DNA of 64,000 nt from Sphagnum compactum. Taxonomy: Eukaryota. The translations under genes and the position numbers were made by a program. The DNA lies in contig OZ234493.1 in NCBI GenBank assembly GCA_965153455.1, forward strand, positions 15,242,213-15,306,212, in the 5' to 3' direction. Below the pieces are notes generated by a model that saw only the letters and a program-made list of their open reading frames with translations, was not told where the DNA came from and ran no database searches. Shown here one piece after another: positions 48,401 through 61,075 of this stretch (positions are counted from its first letter, which is position 1; every line of letters starts with the position of its first letter).

Positions 48401-50994
48401 TTGATTTTGTTGTAAATTATAACCTCTTAAATTATAACCTCTTTTGGGTTTTGGGTTTTGGGTTTTTTTTCAAAAATTTCAAAATCAAAGAACCTTAAGC
48501 TTCTAGGTTTGTTTTATGAAAAAATCTAACCAAAAAGAGATAACCACTGGTTCTCGGGTTTTTGAAAATTTTCAAAGAACAAATGGGGTTTCTTAAAGAA
48601 TTGGGAAGGGACCAATGGTTTAGTTAGGGTAATTGATCAATTCTTTGATATTTTGAAAACCATGATTCTGAGTCAAAATCGGCTTTTTCTAATATAATCA
48701 TCATGTGTGGGTTCCATACACCCTACCCTTCTTCCTTTGAAAAAGAGAGAACAAACGAACATTGGATTTTGTCTCTTGCTTTATGTCACCATATATATGA
48801 TTTCTCTTGCTTTCTCTCATAGGTGCCCCCATTAGTGATTGATTGGATGAATTTTTAAGGGGAATAAAATTGTTTCTTTTGTGGTTGATCTTCATCAAAC
48901 GAATATTGGGTTGTTCTTGCCAAATAGAAAGAAGATTATTTGGGTGCTTTGCCTCTCCATCTATGTGGTGTATATGGTATGTGGGTTCTCTCTCTCTCTC
49001 TCAGGTTATAACTAATTGATTGGGTGACTTTAATAGGTGCAAAAAAAAAATTGTCAAGATCTTCATGTTGATGATTGGGGTTTTTTTTTACCAAATAGAG
49101 AGACCAATCCTGGATGTATATGGGGTTTTTTTTGCTTTCTCTCATAGTTGGCCATCGGTAGTGTTAGGTGAGTATGAGGGGAAATGGATAAATATTTGTT
49201 GGTTGTCATCTTCATGTTGACTATAGGGCTCGTTTTACCAAATAGAAAGGAAAGACCCTTCGAGAAGGTGTTGATGACGCATGGCGAAAGAAGAGGGAAA
49301 CTTGGGGGAGGGGTTCAAAGTACAAGAGCATCGAATGTAACCTAAATACCGACATTACAACTTTTTGCTAGTTTGATGTGTATGGTAACCACATCTTTTG
49401 CTACATGTTTGTCACAAATGGAACCCCCATAAGTACCACAAGTCCATCCATGGCAAAATCAAAACTTAAGGTGGATATCCTTTTCTACCCATGTCATGTT
49501 TTCAATCACCTTGGATTCCACCACATCAACACAACATAAGGTGCCCAAATACTAGTGTGAAACCAATGGTCAATGTATGGAAATAGATTTGCTATATGGT
49601 GGCTTGACAAGTAATAGAAGATTTGTTTTTGAGCCAAGGTGAGTAACATTATTTTCCCAAAGCCTTTTTTTTTAATAACTTTTTTGTTCAGGAAGGGGGG
49701 TGGGGGAGATTTTTGTGTGGTTTCTATAGGGCACTAGTCACACCTATGCAAGAGACTTCTATCATCATGATGAGTCATGTGTCGGTGCAAACTCCACCAT
49801 TCTATTTATAGTTGAAAAATGGTTGTGCAAACCGACCATACTTATTATTGTTTTGTACAAGTTCAAGCTTCACTCCAAGCTGAACTTATTATATATATCT
49901 AAAATCATTTACATCCGACGACCTCAACAAAGTATGGAGTTGCGTGACTTTTAGTGACTTTTTTTTGTACATTATAGTTTGCACCTGTTCTTGGGTTCAC
50001 CATTCTAATAACTTATACATGTGCGTGTGTGCAGATATTGCATTTCTTTCCATACTTCACATAAGTTCTTAATTTTGGACTATTTACCGCACCTTTCTGG
50101 CTCCACTCCTAGCAATTACAAAAGTGATCCTTTCTTCTTCTTTTTGAGATCGGAGGCTTTTCAATGTTGAAGATTGCGGATCTAGACTTATGGCTTGGTA
50201 TTATGCATCATCGTCAAGGAAATATTATACCCGAGTACCAAACCTTTGAAGACTTTTTAACTGGTTCTTAATACCTAATGCATCATGATCACTTGGGCGG
50301 ATTTTGTAGGATCTTGCCAAAATATTGAACATGCTTGGCCCCTTCCACCTTGAACACGTGGAGCTCTCTAGGGCAAGACAATGTTCCATCAGGTAGTTGC
50401 GGGTAGAAGTTCGGCTTAGAGCATCTCCAGCGGTGCTCAGTATGCATCTCTGCAAAAGTATTTCTGGCATCCAAGTTCAGTTATTTATTTACTTCCAACC
50501 CCACCCATAAAACTAAAATTGGGACTGCAAATAGGGCAGAGATTGCATATAGCAACACCCACTTGGACCAATCAAACTATCTAGCCAATCAGCATTATGT
50601 GTTAGGATTTTCTGTGCCTTTTTATCTGCCTCGGCATCCTCTGCAAAACTGCAGGGACCAAACACGTTTTACCAGCATGTTTTGACTTTTCTTCATCCAA
50701 TTTTGTTTTGCAACACTATGCTCATAAAATAATATCTAGAAGCAACTTTAAATGAATTTTGAGGTTTTTACCATGGTACCAAACTACTAGTATTGGTGTC
50801 AGTTGCCTTGGGTGAACCAGAACCGACATTGGTACCATGGTAAATTAGACCCCCCAAAGTCATCTCAATTAATTCTAGATATTAGAGAAATCCATAAACT
50901 GACTTTCTCTTTGGGTTCTCCTTTTCAGCCTTTATCCCCTACTTCAACTTCAAACCGTGCTATTCACAATATGGGAAAAAAAGAAAAAAAACTA

Positions 50995-51237
50995 GGAAAA
51001 TTTTAAATTCACACCTTTTTTGGTTAAATTCACACCCTTTCTTGTGACAAGTCTCACTTTGAATACGTGGAAGGACGCAAGTGTGGGGTCTGTGGTCAAT
51101 CAGGGCACAACTCGAGAACTTGCCCGCAGAAGTAATTGAACTGATAAAGGAACATACTCTTAAAGTTTAATCTGCATAAAATCGGACGTGCAAAGGGTGT
51201 GAATTTAACCAAAAAAGGTGTGAATTGAAAATTTTCC
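50995..51237 (+). mobile_element. Short TIR element (deletion derivative) retaining a transposase C-terminal CCHC zinc knuckle
   Basis: ~46-bp TIRs ggaaaattttaaattcacaccttttttggttaaattcacacccttt / aaagggtgtgaatttaaccaaaaaaggtgtgaattgaaaattttcc (1 mismatch), with TA on both sides. Internal 51061-51135 encodes EYVEGRKCGVCGQSGHNSRTCPQK*. Confidence 0.85.
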
Positions 51238-54200
51238 TAAAATTTTCCAAAAACTATTGTATTCAGCCCCAACAAAAACCAGATAATCCTAATCATCATC
51301 ACTCATTGAAGGCTTTAAAAAAGCTGGCTCTCACTAGCTACATTTACAGTGGTGTCTTTGCATTCCCTCAAAAGAACACATCCATGTGTCAAGAATGCAT
51401 ACAATTTCCTACCATACGTGGTGGTGGGTGTACCTTAACCTACCCTACGCTCGGTATAATTTGTGCCCCAAGAGAGGATGGCACCACCTTGCGAGTAGAA
51501 ATTCAGGTTTAGGGTTAGGGTTTAGGGTTTTGTTTGTTCCCCCTAAATTGAACAACCTTATGTGTAAGGTGCCTCCTCTCCTCTCGCAAGGAATTACAAC
51601 CACCTTTTCATAAAAGAAAAGTTGTACCAATTCGTAAAGACCTTGTCCAATTTAACTTCCTAGTGTATTAGGAAGGCACATTATCAAGCATAATTTTGCC
51701 TACACAAAGGGCAGGTGTTTTCACCCAAAAAGAAGAAAAACTTAGTGTTCATAGGAGCCGGCCTTTACATTTTTTAAAACACCAGTATTTTTTTTTTTAA
51801 TGGTTTTTTTGGTGTGATAAGGGGTAAGTATCATAGGAAGAAAAATTAAAACTAAAAATTTGACAGGAGTCACGGGCTTTAGCTCCCTGCCACTTTACAC
51901 CAGGTAAGGACCTCAAAGGGGCCTGTTCTGGGAATTCTTGTCCCGTGCTTAGCTCTTCTTGCCTTACACTAGGTCCTTATTCCCAGAACAGCCCCATTCT
52001 GGGTCCTTACCCGAAAACAAGAAGCATCCACAAGTATATATGTATTAAAGAAAGCATTGAGAGAAATTTGCTAGAGTATTTGTAGGGCACCTTATGTGTG
52101 TGGATATCCCTTCTAGGTGTGGGAGGCTCCATATCACCACGGCCTAGCCCCTAAACCCTAAATAAGGGGCTTAACCCCTAAACGCTCACCTTGGGGCTTT
52201 ACCCTACAAAAGAAATGCATAGGTTAATAATGAATATTGGGTAACACAATTTGGTCACATTTTGATTGAGTTTTTAGTGTTGGGGAATGTTTTCACCATC
52301 TTTCTACTATTTGGACAATTTTCTAAAAACCACTCATCAAACTAATGGTAAATCTTTCTTTGGATGCTTGCTAACTATGTATTGTACATCATTAAAAAAT
52401 AGATTATAAGAAAATACTATTCAGTTAATGACCTTGCTACCACTCACTTTGCAATTAGCAATAATGTCTACCATAGTACTTTGGCACCTTAGACACATGC
52501 TTCTCGAATAATCGATTAATTTTGAAATTATCCTTTTGATAAATAGAAGATTCTTGAAAATTCAATAATTGCCTTCTAAAAAAGAAATTCAATAATTCCT
52601 TTCTAAACAAGTTATTTGAAAAAAAACATTCCAAAAATTTCAACATTTCTGAAAATAATATAACCCATGTTGAAGCTGCCAAGGTAGTAATAAGGTATGA
52701 CAACCAAATTTTGAATTCACAAGCATTTTCCAAGGTTGTGATCACTCATGGGCCTAGTGGTCTAGGGCCCAATGCTATGGCTCACAATATGTGTATAAAT
52801 GAGAAATTAATATGAAAATTTTGAACCTCTTTAGAGGATGAAACCATCTTTCAAGCCTATCTTTATTGCTATTGCCTCTTTTCAAAGGGTAGGCATGACT
52901 TACCAAACTAGTGAATCTCTCTTTTGTTTGTTGATAATGAATGAGGGAATGGTTGCCTATTCACACTATAAGGCACCCAATTGGGTTCGTGTCTCCATTC
53001 ACATGTGATCATTTCAATCCAAATGAGTTTTCCACTATTAAGCTAAAGTAGTGTAAAAAGACATTGCAATTGAAAAAAACCATTTGCCTTGGGATAACCT
53101 TATATGACCATCATTGGAAGTACTATTCTTTTGTTGAATTTCTCTTGTTCTTTCACTTCCTTTAAAGTTCCTTTAACCCTCCGTCTCACTTTGTATGAAA
53201 ATCATGGAGGCAATGCCAACTCTAGGGCCCAATTACAAAAGGTAAAAGACTATTCTTCTTAATTCAACCATTATAAGTTCATAGAACAAGTGTGCAAAAG
53301 TTTGTAATAAGTGTGTATATTCCAAGGGCAAAAGTGTTACATATGAAAACTTGCAATATGTACATTTTATTAGAACAAAAAGTTGATGAAATTATATTTG
53401 CAAAACTTCAAGCACACATCTAATACAAATTCAAAGGTAGCAAGACCTTGGAAAACTTGATTTAGAAGGAAATAAACAACACCATTGGGATTTAGATAGC
53501 CCTAGACTAAGATATTCATACTCCCTATAGTGAGTCCCATCTCCATTTGTGGTTCTAAATCCCAACTTTGTCAAAGGATGCCAAATGTTTTTTTGTTGTC
53601 AATAGGATAGCATTATATGCCATTGCTTTATGATGGGGATGGAGGTCAAATGCCAATTCATGAAGGATTTAAGTCAAACAAAAACTTATTTGGTGTTGGA
53701 TTTATTTTAGTGATGGAATTTTATGTTGGATTATTTAGTTATGGAATTGGTGGTCTAGAATTATTGTATTAGGCAAAGTTTCACTAAAAGTATATTCTTT
53801 ATAAGCTTTAGGGCAAAGTATAACTATATGTTAATGATGTTTTTCCATACATGGGTACACTAATTATATTATTTTCAGAAATGTTGAAATTTTCACAAAT
53901 TATTCAAAACAGTTTTTTTCAAAGGAAAATAAAGAATATGATGGAATATTTAAGAATATATCATTTGTCAAAATGGAGTCCTCACAATTAATTAATGAAT
54001 TATTCAACAAAAATGTGTCAAAGTGGCCAAGGCACTACTATATCGATCTTATTTAATGAGCATAACATTTCACACAATCATGTCTTTTAATCCCACAATT
54101 TGATGTTATAAGACTTTTAAGGGACTATTAGATGGTGGGAAAGGAGTACATTTAGTAGTTCATTAGTAATTTGATCCTTATTATTGGTTGACATCTCTAT

Positions 54201-54510
54201 CTTCATTCAATGTTGTTTGCCATTTTAGCTTTAGGAATCATCTAATGAATGATGTGAAAACCATAACTTCAAAGAATGTTATAATGATATATATTGCTCA
54301 CTAAATTTGATCTACCCTTTTCCTTTTTCTTTTTGACGGGCAAGGATGAATGATATGCGTGAATGTAAGTTTATGTGGGATGGTTTGCTTTATTACCCAG
54401 TTCATGTGAATTGTTCTGCTACTTGGCATAACCTAATTGGCCTTGGCAAAGTTTGAATTTCAACCTTTACACACACTTATTTTGAACTCATGATCAAAAT
54501 GTTCAATTTC

Positions 54511-54583
54511 TTGAACCTTCATATTGCATTGTGTTGAAACTTTTATGTGCAAAGTTGAAACACAATGCAATATGAAGGTTCAA
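54511..54583. repeat. Near-perfect inverted repeat (hairpin)
   Basis: ttgaaccttcatattgcattgtgtt is perfectly complementary to aacacaatgcaatatgaaggttcaa (25 bp), then 2 mismatches, 6 more pairs and a 7-nt loop. Confidence 0.9.
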
Positions 54584-57500
54584 AATCAATTTCAAAATGA
54601 CCCAATATCAAGGTTGAAATTCAATTCAAAATGAAAGATCTCATTGCAATACACACATACTAGGAGCAATATTGTTTTTATTTTATTTTTTTGATGTAGC
54701 CAAAGTGGCAAACATCGCAAAAGAAAATTTTTAAAATTTAATTGCATTAATTCACGACACATTTGTAGAGAATTGTCAAAACAATAGCTAGAAGATGTAA
54801 ATATGATGACATTGTCCCTAAAACCAAATCCTCAAATTTTGACAAATTATCTTTAAATAAGAAGTTTGTGACATCATGTTCTTATTTTTATATTTTATTT
54901 TGCCACCACAATGTGAAAATCACCAATTAAAAAAAGACCGAGTTTGGATTAAGACTTTGGATGACTCAAGTTGTGGCTTCAGGTTGCCTACATGCAGATA
55001 TTTACATGATTTTTTTCTCACTTTTGTGCAGGTCTAATCAAAAGTCCTTGTAATTGTGTCATTCATCCAGAAAACCATTAGAATGTTGTAGTCCAATTGT
55101 GATTCGGATGACATGTTTGCCCAGAGCGAACAATTGACTCACCATCACACCGCGTTGGATGGATGGTAAGTGATCAGGAAACAATTTTCTGTTGGGTTCC
55201 AATTCCCTAGCTAAACCATGGTGGTTAACTCAAGTTTATTCCTTTTATTACCTATCTACAAACAACCCAGCTTGGAGGCTGTTAGAAGGTAGTAAAAGCA
55301 GCCATTACCCATGTATAAACTATCTACTTACTTACTAGTCACCTATTTTCCTACCTACCTATTTATATGTACGACCTACTTCTTATAAAATGAGTCACCA
55401 AGGTGAAACCAGATATTAACTCAGTTGTGGTTCATCCACAATATCGGCCATCTAGTGGATGATGATGGTGCAATGGTTACTCATCGCGCTCATACATTCA
55501 AATATAAATCTCTCGACTCTCCTTGGCACTACCTGGCTACCATGAGGATGATGCAATTGAGCCTAACCCTTAAGAGATTGAAACCCGAATCGCCTTTGGA
55601 GCGAGATGATGGGTAATGTGAGCCCTTCACATGCCATGCCCCACAAAATTTCACCCTCAATGTCCTCCCTCCTTTTAAACCTAGGAGTCAGCTCAACAAC
55701 TAAAGTGGGTCCTTATTACACTCATGGAGAAGGTGAGCCTTCAAATTGTCTATGATGGGTAGTGGGGAGCTATAATTGCTCTTTTGGCTCACTAGTTTTG
55801 ATTCCTAGGAATTCTAGTAACATGCTAGTTATTCAGCATGCAAGACAAAAAAAGGCCAAAATTAAAGGAAAAAGAAAAGCAAACAATAACCCTGTAAAAA
55901 GTCCCCCAAGTATGATGAAGAAATAGTGAGCCATAGTAACTAAAACCATCTCCACAATAAGTAACATTCAAGTCAACTTTTCCGTCCAAATCACTTTTCA
56001 TCCATCCACATTTTCCTTGGTCTTAAGTCTACACCTTTTAGTGTAATATACAGAGCGGGCAGGGCAGGGCAGGACTTTGCTAATTCCGGCTTCGCCAAAC
56101 CCTGCCCACTCCCCAGCGTTAACCGTAGTTAGATGTGGCCAAGGCTTGGCGATTCCAATGAAGGATCTTGTATTTCAATACTCATAGCCTCTTGGTCCAC
56201 ACTTCATTTTTCGGCTATCAAAAGCTAAATTGCACACTTCTTTTTCATTAGACAACATGGCCTATGTTAATTTTGTGAGGAAAATGTCATTTTGGAGCCA
56301 AGTGTCAAGTGCAGAATTTGTTTGTGAAGGGCACCAAACCACACCTAACCTCTAGAATGTAACCTATGGTTTTCTCCTTTTAGGTGAGGGCTAGGGTCAT
56401 CAAAGAGCATGATTTAGGGTTAGGGCTTTTTGCTGAGAGCACTTGAACACCATTGATCTTGTCATAAGGTATCGGGTCAGATGGCTTGCAAATATGTTCA
56501 TAGCATTCCTCCATAAGGGGGGGGCTTATGGCCATGTGGAGTCTACTTGCACCATTGTAAATCTTCTTGATTGCCTAGGAGCTCCTCAAGTACCTAAAAG
56601 TCATCCTCTTCACTCCACCAGTTGATATGAGGTAAAGGAGGAGGGTTATTCTATGATGAAAGTGTGAAATGAAGCTTTTTTTTAAATACTAGTAGTCACC
56701 ATGGCTTGGCCCCACATAGTTCCAAAGGGTTTCTTGTTAAATCCCTAATTGAAGAGCATAGTAGTGAGGTCCTTCACCCCAATAATAATAATAATAAAAT
56801 CACCATTTTGCACTACACCCCAAAATATTGAAACCACATTGATGGTTTTCCCAAAAAAAAAATTTAAGCCCTTCTCTCAGTCTCTAGTGTAAAGGAAACC
56901 CTAATATTATTAGAAAGTCTTTTGGACAACAAGGTGTCCAAAATCTTTTATAGTACACACTCTTTGGATAACTTGTCCATATGGTTTTGAAGGTGACACA
57001 CATTCTGTGCATGAAGGTGCATGCCAAAGGCAAAGTGCATCATAGTTGGTAATGAGTGTGGTTGAATGAAGCTTTGTCATACCCAATTATTGAGGCTTTT
57101 GGTTGAAAAAAAGCCCTGGGGTTGGATGGGGGGTCTATTGTATATTGACCCTTACTTAGGGCATCTTCACCTACAACCCCTAAATTTTGGGGCTTCTACT
57201 AGTGTTTATCACATCCAAAATTGAGTGCTAATTATTTCTCCATCCCCACCTAAAAACATGAAAACTTCTACAAGCTTTTGCCCACAACCAACTTTGTGTT
57301 CAAAAAATGAGATTTGTTATGGAGAGAATAACTATATCACATTTTGTACCTTTATGTATGGTACTTTTAGGCATGGAATGTAAAAACATCTCCACCCACA
57401 TCCACTATTTGGACCTCTATTAATGTTTTTTACATCCAACATCCCATGTTAATTATTCTCCCATTCTCACTCATGAACATGAAAAATTAAATAGTATAAA

Positions 57501-59799
57501 GTGACAAACTATTTCAATGTCACCACTTGGGCCAAAAATTATGGTTGACCAATAAAAAAATCATTTTTCATTTACTCACCCTTTTCAACATCATTGTATA
57601 TTGGGCATATTTATAGGCTCAAATTGAGTTTCACACTATTTGAAAGCCAAATTCATCCAAAATAGTTTATACATACCATTTTCATGTTGTGATTGGAGAT
57701 GTTTTTAGATGTTAAATGCATTTCTAATGTTAGGTATGTATTTTTAAATTATCTCCACATTAAGGTGTGTGTTAATAAATTGACATGTGACATGTCATGA
57801 ATTTTCCTACCTCTAACATATCTTAAAACATATTAACACAATTGCCAAATGTTCACACAAAGCAACATATTACATAAGAGCATTATCATTGTCAATTCCC
57901 ATCAATAAAATGTATTATTGTTTTTTTCTTGATTTGCATCATCGGTTATAACAACATTGTTGCATCACATGTTGTCACAACACCTTCAAATCACTCCATT
58001 TTGCATTGTTTATGTGGCAACTTGTCTTGATTTGCCATTTCTCTTCAATCTCACAACATCAATCTTGTTCTCCTTTTTTGTTGCATCACTTTGCCATTAT
58101 TTTTTTCATTCCTCTTCATTATCTTTATGCGTCAACTTTTCACAATTCACCATTGTCCTCAAATTTGCACTAATATTGTCACTTCGTTGTTTTTTGGTTG
58201 CATGTCCATGCCATTGCAACTCATGCAAAATCAAATCCATGTGTTCTTTTTGTGTGACAATATCTTGATCTTCACTAACTTTTCACATGATGTCTCCAAC
58301 CTTTTTTGTGGTAACTTTGTTGCAATTATTTTGGGTTATAATTATTTTCAAGATCTTCTTTCTTTATTATTTATTTGATTGCACGTTATTTCATTGTCTT
58401 TTATTTTCTCTTGCCCACCTCATGATCAATAGAATTAAAATTACTAATTTTCTTGTAATGGGTGTTGTTAAGGGGTGAAGTTGCAACCCCCGATCATTAC
58501 TGTCCTCCAAGGGATAAGACCAAAGGGACAAGGTCAACACCTTATTACTCCACTAAAGAAACTACCCTCACTAACTTATTTTACTACAACTATTCAAGTA
58601 GTAAGTAAAAAGTCATACAAAGAGCAAATGAAGAAGTTAAGGGTCTATTGTTTAAAAACAAACCTACCTTCTTGTAGCTAGTTTAATCCAAGGAGGTAGG
58701 GAAGAAAAGTAAAGAAGGGCAGCATGGGAAATAGCAACCCCTTAAAGGTGACTACTCTCCAATGGTCTACAATACCTTCTACACATTTAAATATTACTAT
58801 GTGGGGTTTATACCTTCTACCACCACTGTCCCATCTCCTCCACGCCTACAAACCCTTTAATGGTTCTACTTACCACCTGCAACACCTCGGGAGGTTTCCT
58901 TTATGTTTTTTACCATATGCAATTGGTGTATTCCCTCCTAGCCAATGCCTACTGCTTGTAATAGAACCTTTCAATCTACAAATGACTATTTGATTATTCT
59001 TTCATTATAATTTCTACCCCCAATACAGGCTATTACTTTCTTTTGGTAACCAGCCGCTTACCCTTCCAAAAGTTACTAAAATGGTATGCCTCTTATTATC
59101 TATTTTATAAACAATGCAAACTACCATGTTACGGGGGTAAACTTACTTATACAACCTCCAACTATCCTATTTTCTACATTTGCTAGTAGAATAGAGACAC
59201 AACACACACAAAAATAAATTCAAGTCCTTCAACCATCTTCCATTAAAACCACACACCAAGTACATGCATCTTTTTCCATTCCTCAAACACCTTTTCATGA
59301 TAGTCTTTCATTCCAATGTCCCATTACAAAAGTATTGAATGACATAAAAGTCCCCCAACACTTCCTTTAATCTTTTTTCCCCATAAATCACACAAAGCCC
59401 ACATTGACCTCTAAAAAATAGGGCCCTTATCATAATCCCTTCCTAAAATCTTAGATGATTGGGTGGATTACCTTTCAATCACTCACTAACTCGGGCTATT
59501 TAATCCCACTAGCTTCACCCCTTGGGTAGGGGACAATAAGTCTACTACTAATAACTATTAGTTACTAGGAGGCCCATGGAACTAACTAGTTTCAATATTT
59601 ATACTTGTTAATAGGCGTATTGCATTTTTGGTTAAATTAAATCTTTCAACATGTGATTATTGCAAAGTTGACTTCATTTTTGAACTTTGAAACAACTCTT
59701 GAAGAAGCTTTTGACACTTATGTTTTTGTAATTGTAATTCTATATGAAAACCCAATGTTAAGTGCTTTGAAATTTTTATCTCTTGACTTCGGTTTATTT

Positions 59800-60400
59800 A
59801 GTGAAAGCAATAGCCACTATTTGGTTTTATAAATTCCAATTGATTGAATATGACAATAAAAATTGGGTTGAAAACTTCAAGATGACAAAGGAAATGTTTT
59901 TCCACATGTATATATGATTGAGTTATAATTGTCAACCACGATACAAAGTAATACCATATGTTAAGCTCAATGGAAATTAGGGTGGCATGTGTATTCATAA
60001 ACTAACACACAGTGTAATTTTTTTCATCCACTTTTAACTATTCATTGTGGAAAAATTTACAATATTTTTTGTTACTCGTGAAGTTGTGCATGCTATCAAC
60101 ACAAGTTTTGAAATATGATCTAAATTGACCAAGCATAGATGAAATGGAAATAATGATGACAAATTCCAAGAGCTAATGTGATTTACCTTATATACGTTGT
60201 GCATCCATGGAACACATGTGAAAGCAAACTAGGGCAGAACAAAAGTGGCAAAATTCAAAAGTCTGCTTACCATTTAAAATACATTATGTAAGTATGATAT
60301 TTTGAATCAAATGTGTCATGTGACAAGGTGTCATTGGATATTTGTCATTAAGGCTTGAATAATTTTTAATATTAATATATTATATAATTATCTTTGAAAG
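59800..60400 (+). mobile_element. Decayed PIF/Harbinger (HARBI1-type DDE) transposase
   Basis: Fragments WFYKFQLIEYDNKNWVENFKMTK (~59822), MEIRVAC.IHKLTH (~59969), FIVEKFTIFFVTREVVHAIN (~60041) and LPYIRCA.HGTHV (~60184, decayed GAIDGTH). Confidence 0.7.
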
Positions 60401-60659
60401 ATGAACATTTAAACTATGTCCATGATCAATAATCAACAAATGTTTGTCAAAAACAATTAATGTTTTGGATTAAAAAAATTTGACAACCCCAATTTGAATA
60501 TTCTATAATTTTGACAGTACTTAATAAATGCACTAAATCTTTTACTTGTTAGCAATGTTATTGAGATGTCACAATGGTTTTGATTATCCTTTATACGGGA
60601 AAGCTTTTGAGTTAAATTCCTTGGAATTTCAACAATGTAAGTTCAATTTTTTCATATAG

Positions 60660-61075
60660 GCCTTTTGAGAATTAATTAGATCTCTAACATAGGGTGCTTT
60701 GAAGGTTGATTTGTTCCCCATGAATCCGTGTATCATGTCATAAAATTCATGACCAAAGTGATGAAGTAAATCTTTGAGTGGTATTATTTTGAAAGTTAAA
60801 TGCCCATTAGTGTTCATTGTGTCCAATTCCTAATGTGTAATAAAAAAATCTTCTTTGAAATTTCTTGAAATGGATCCCCATTCATCATTGCATGCAAGAC
60901 CATTCTTGAAAATGTTGTCAACAACTTTTGCTTATAACAACCGTTAATATCTTCTTCTATTTCATAACAACAATTTTGAAATTGTGTCATGCATCCACTT
61001 TGTCAAAAACTTTGATGTGTTCATTTTGTTTGGTTTCAAAAACTCATCATATTCCATATTGGGTTGGCATGGTTT
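60660..61075 (-). pseudogene. Decayed trihelix / Myb-SANT-like gene, probably Harbinger ORF1
   Basis: Across frameshifts: QPN(W)EYDEFL..., EHIKVFDKVDA, K(W)KKILTVV, KNGLACNDEWGSISRNFK-KIFYY.LGIGHNEH*WA-LT...HFGHEFYDMIHGFMG...PYVRDL. This matches the trihelix W...KW...C.DKW...FKKI.DY...YW.L pattern. Confidence 0.65.

Noticed and set aside
50100..50720. Probable dispersed repeat family member
   Set aside because: It looks familiar as a moss interspersed repeat, but I see no termini, TSD or coding motif within this window to support a call.
58466..59480. TG...CA solo LTR candidate
   Set aside because: The flanking 5-mers do not match and there is no PBS or PPT evidence.
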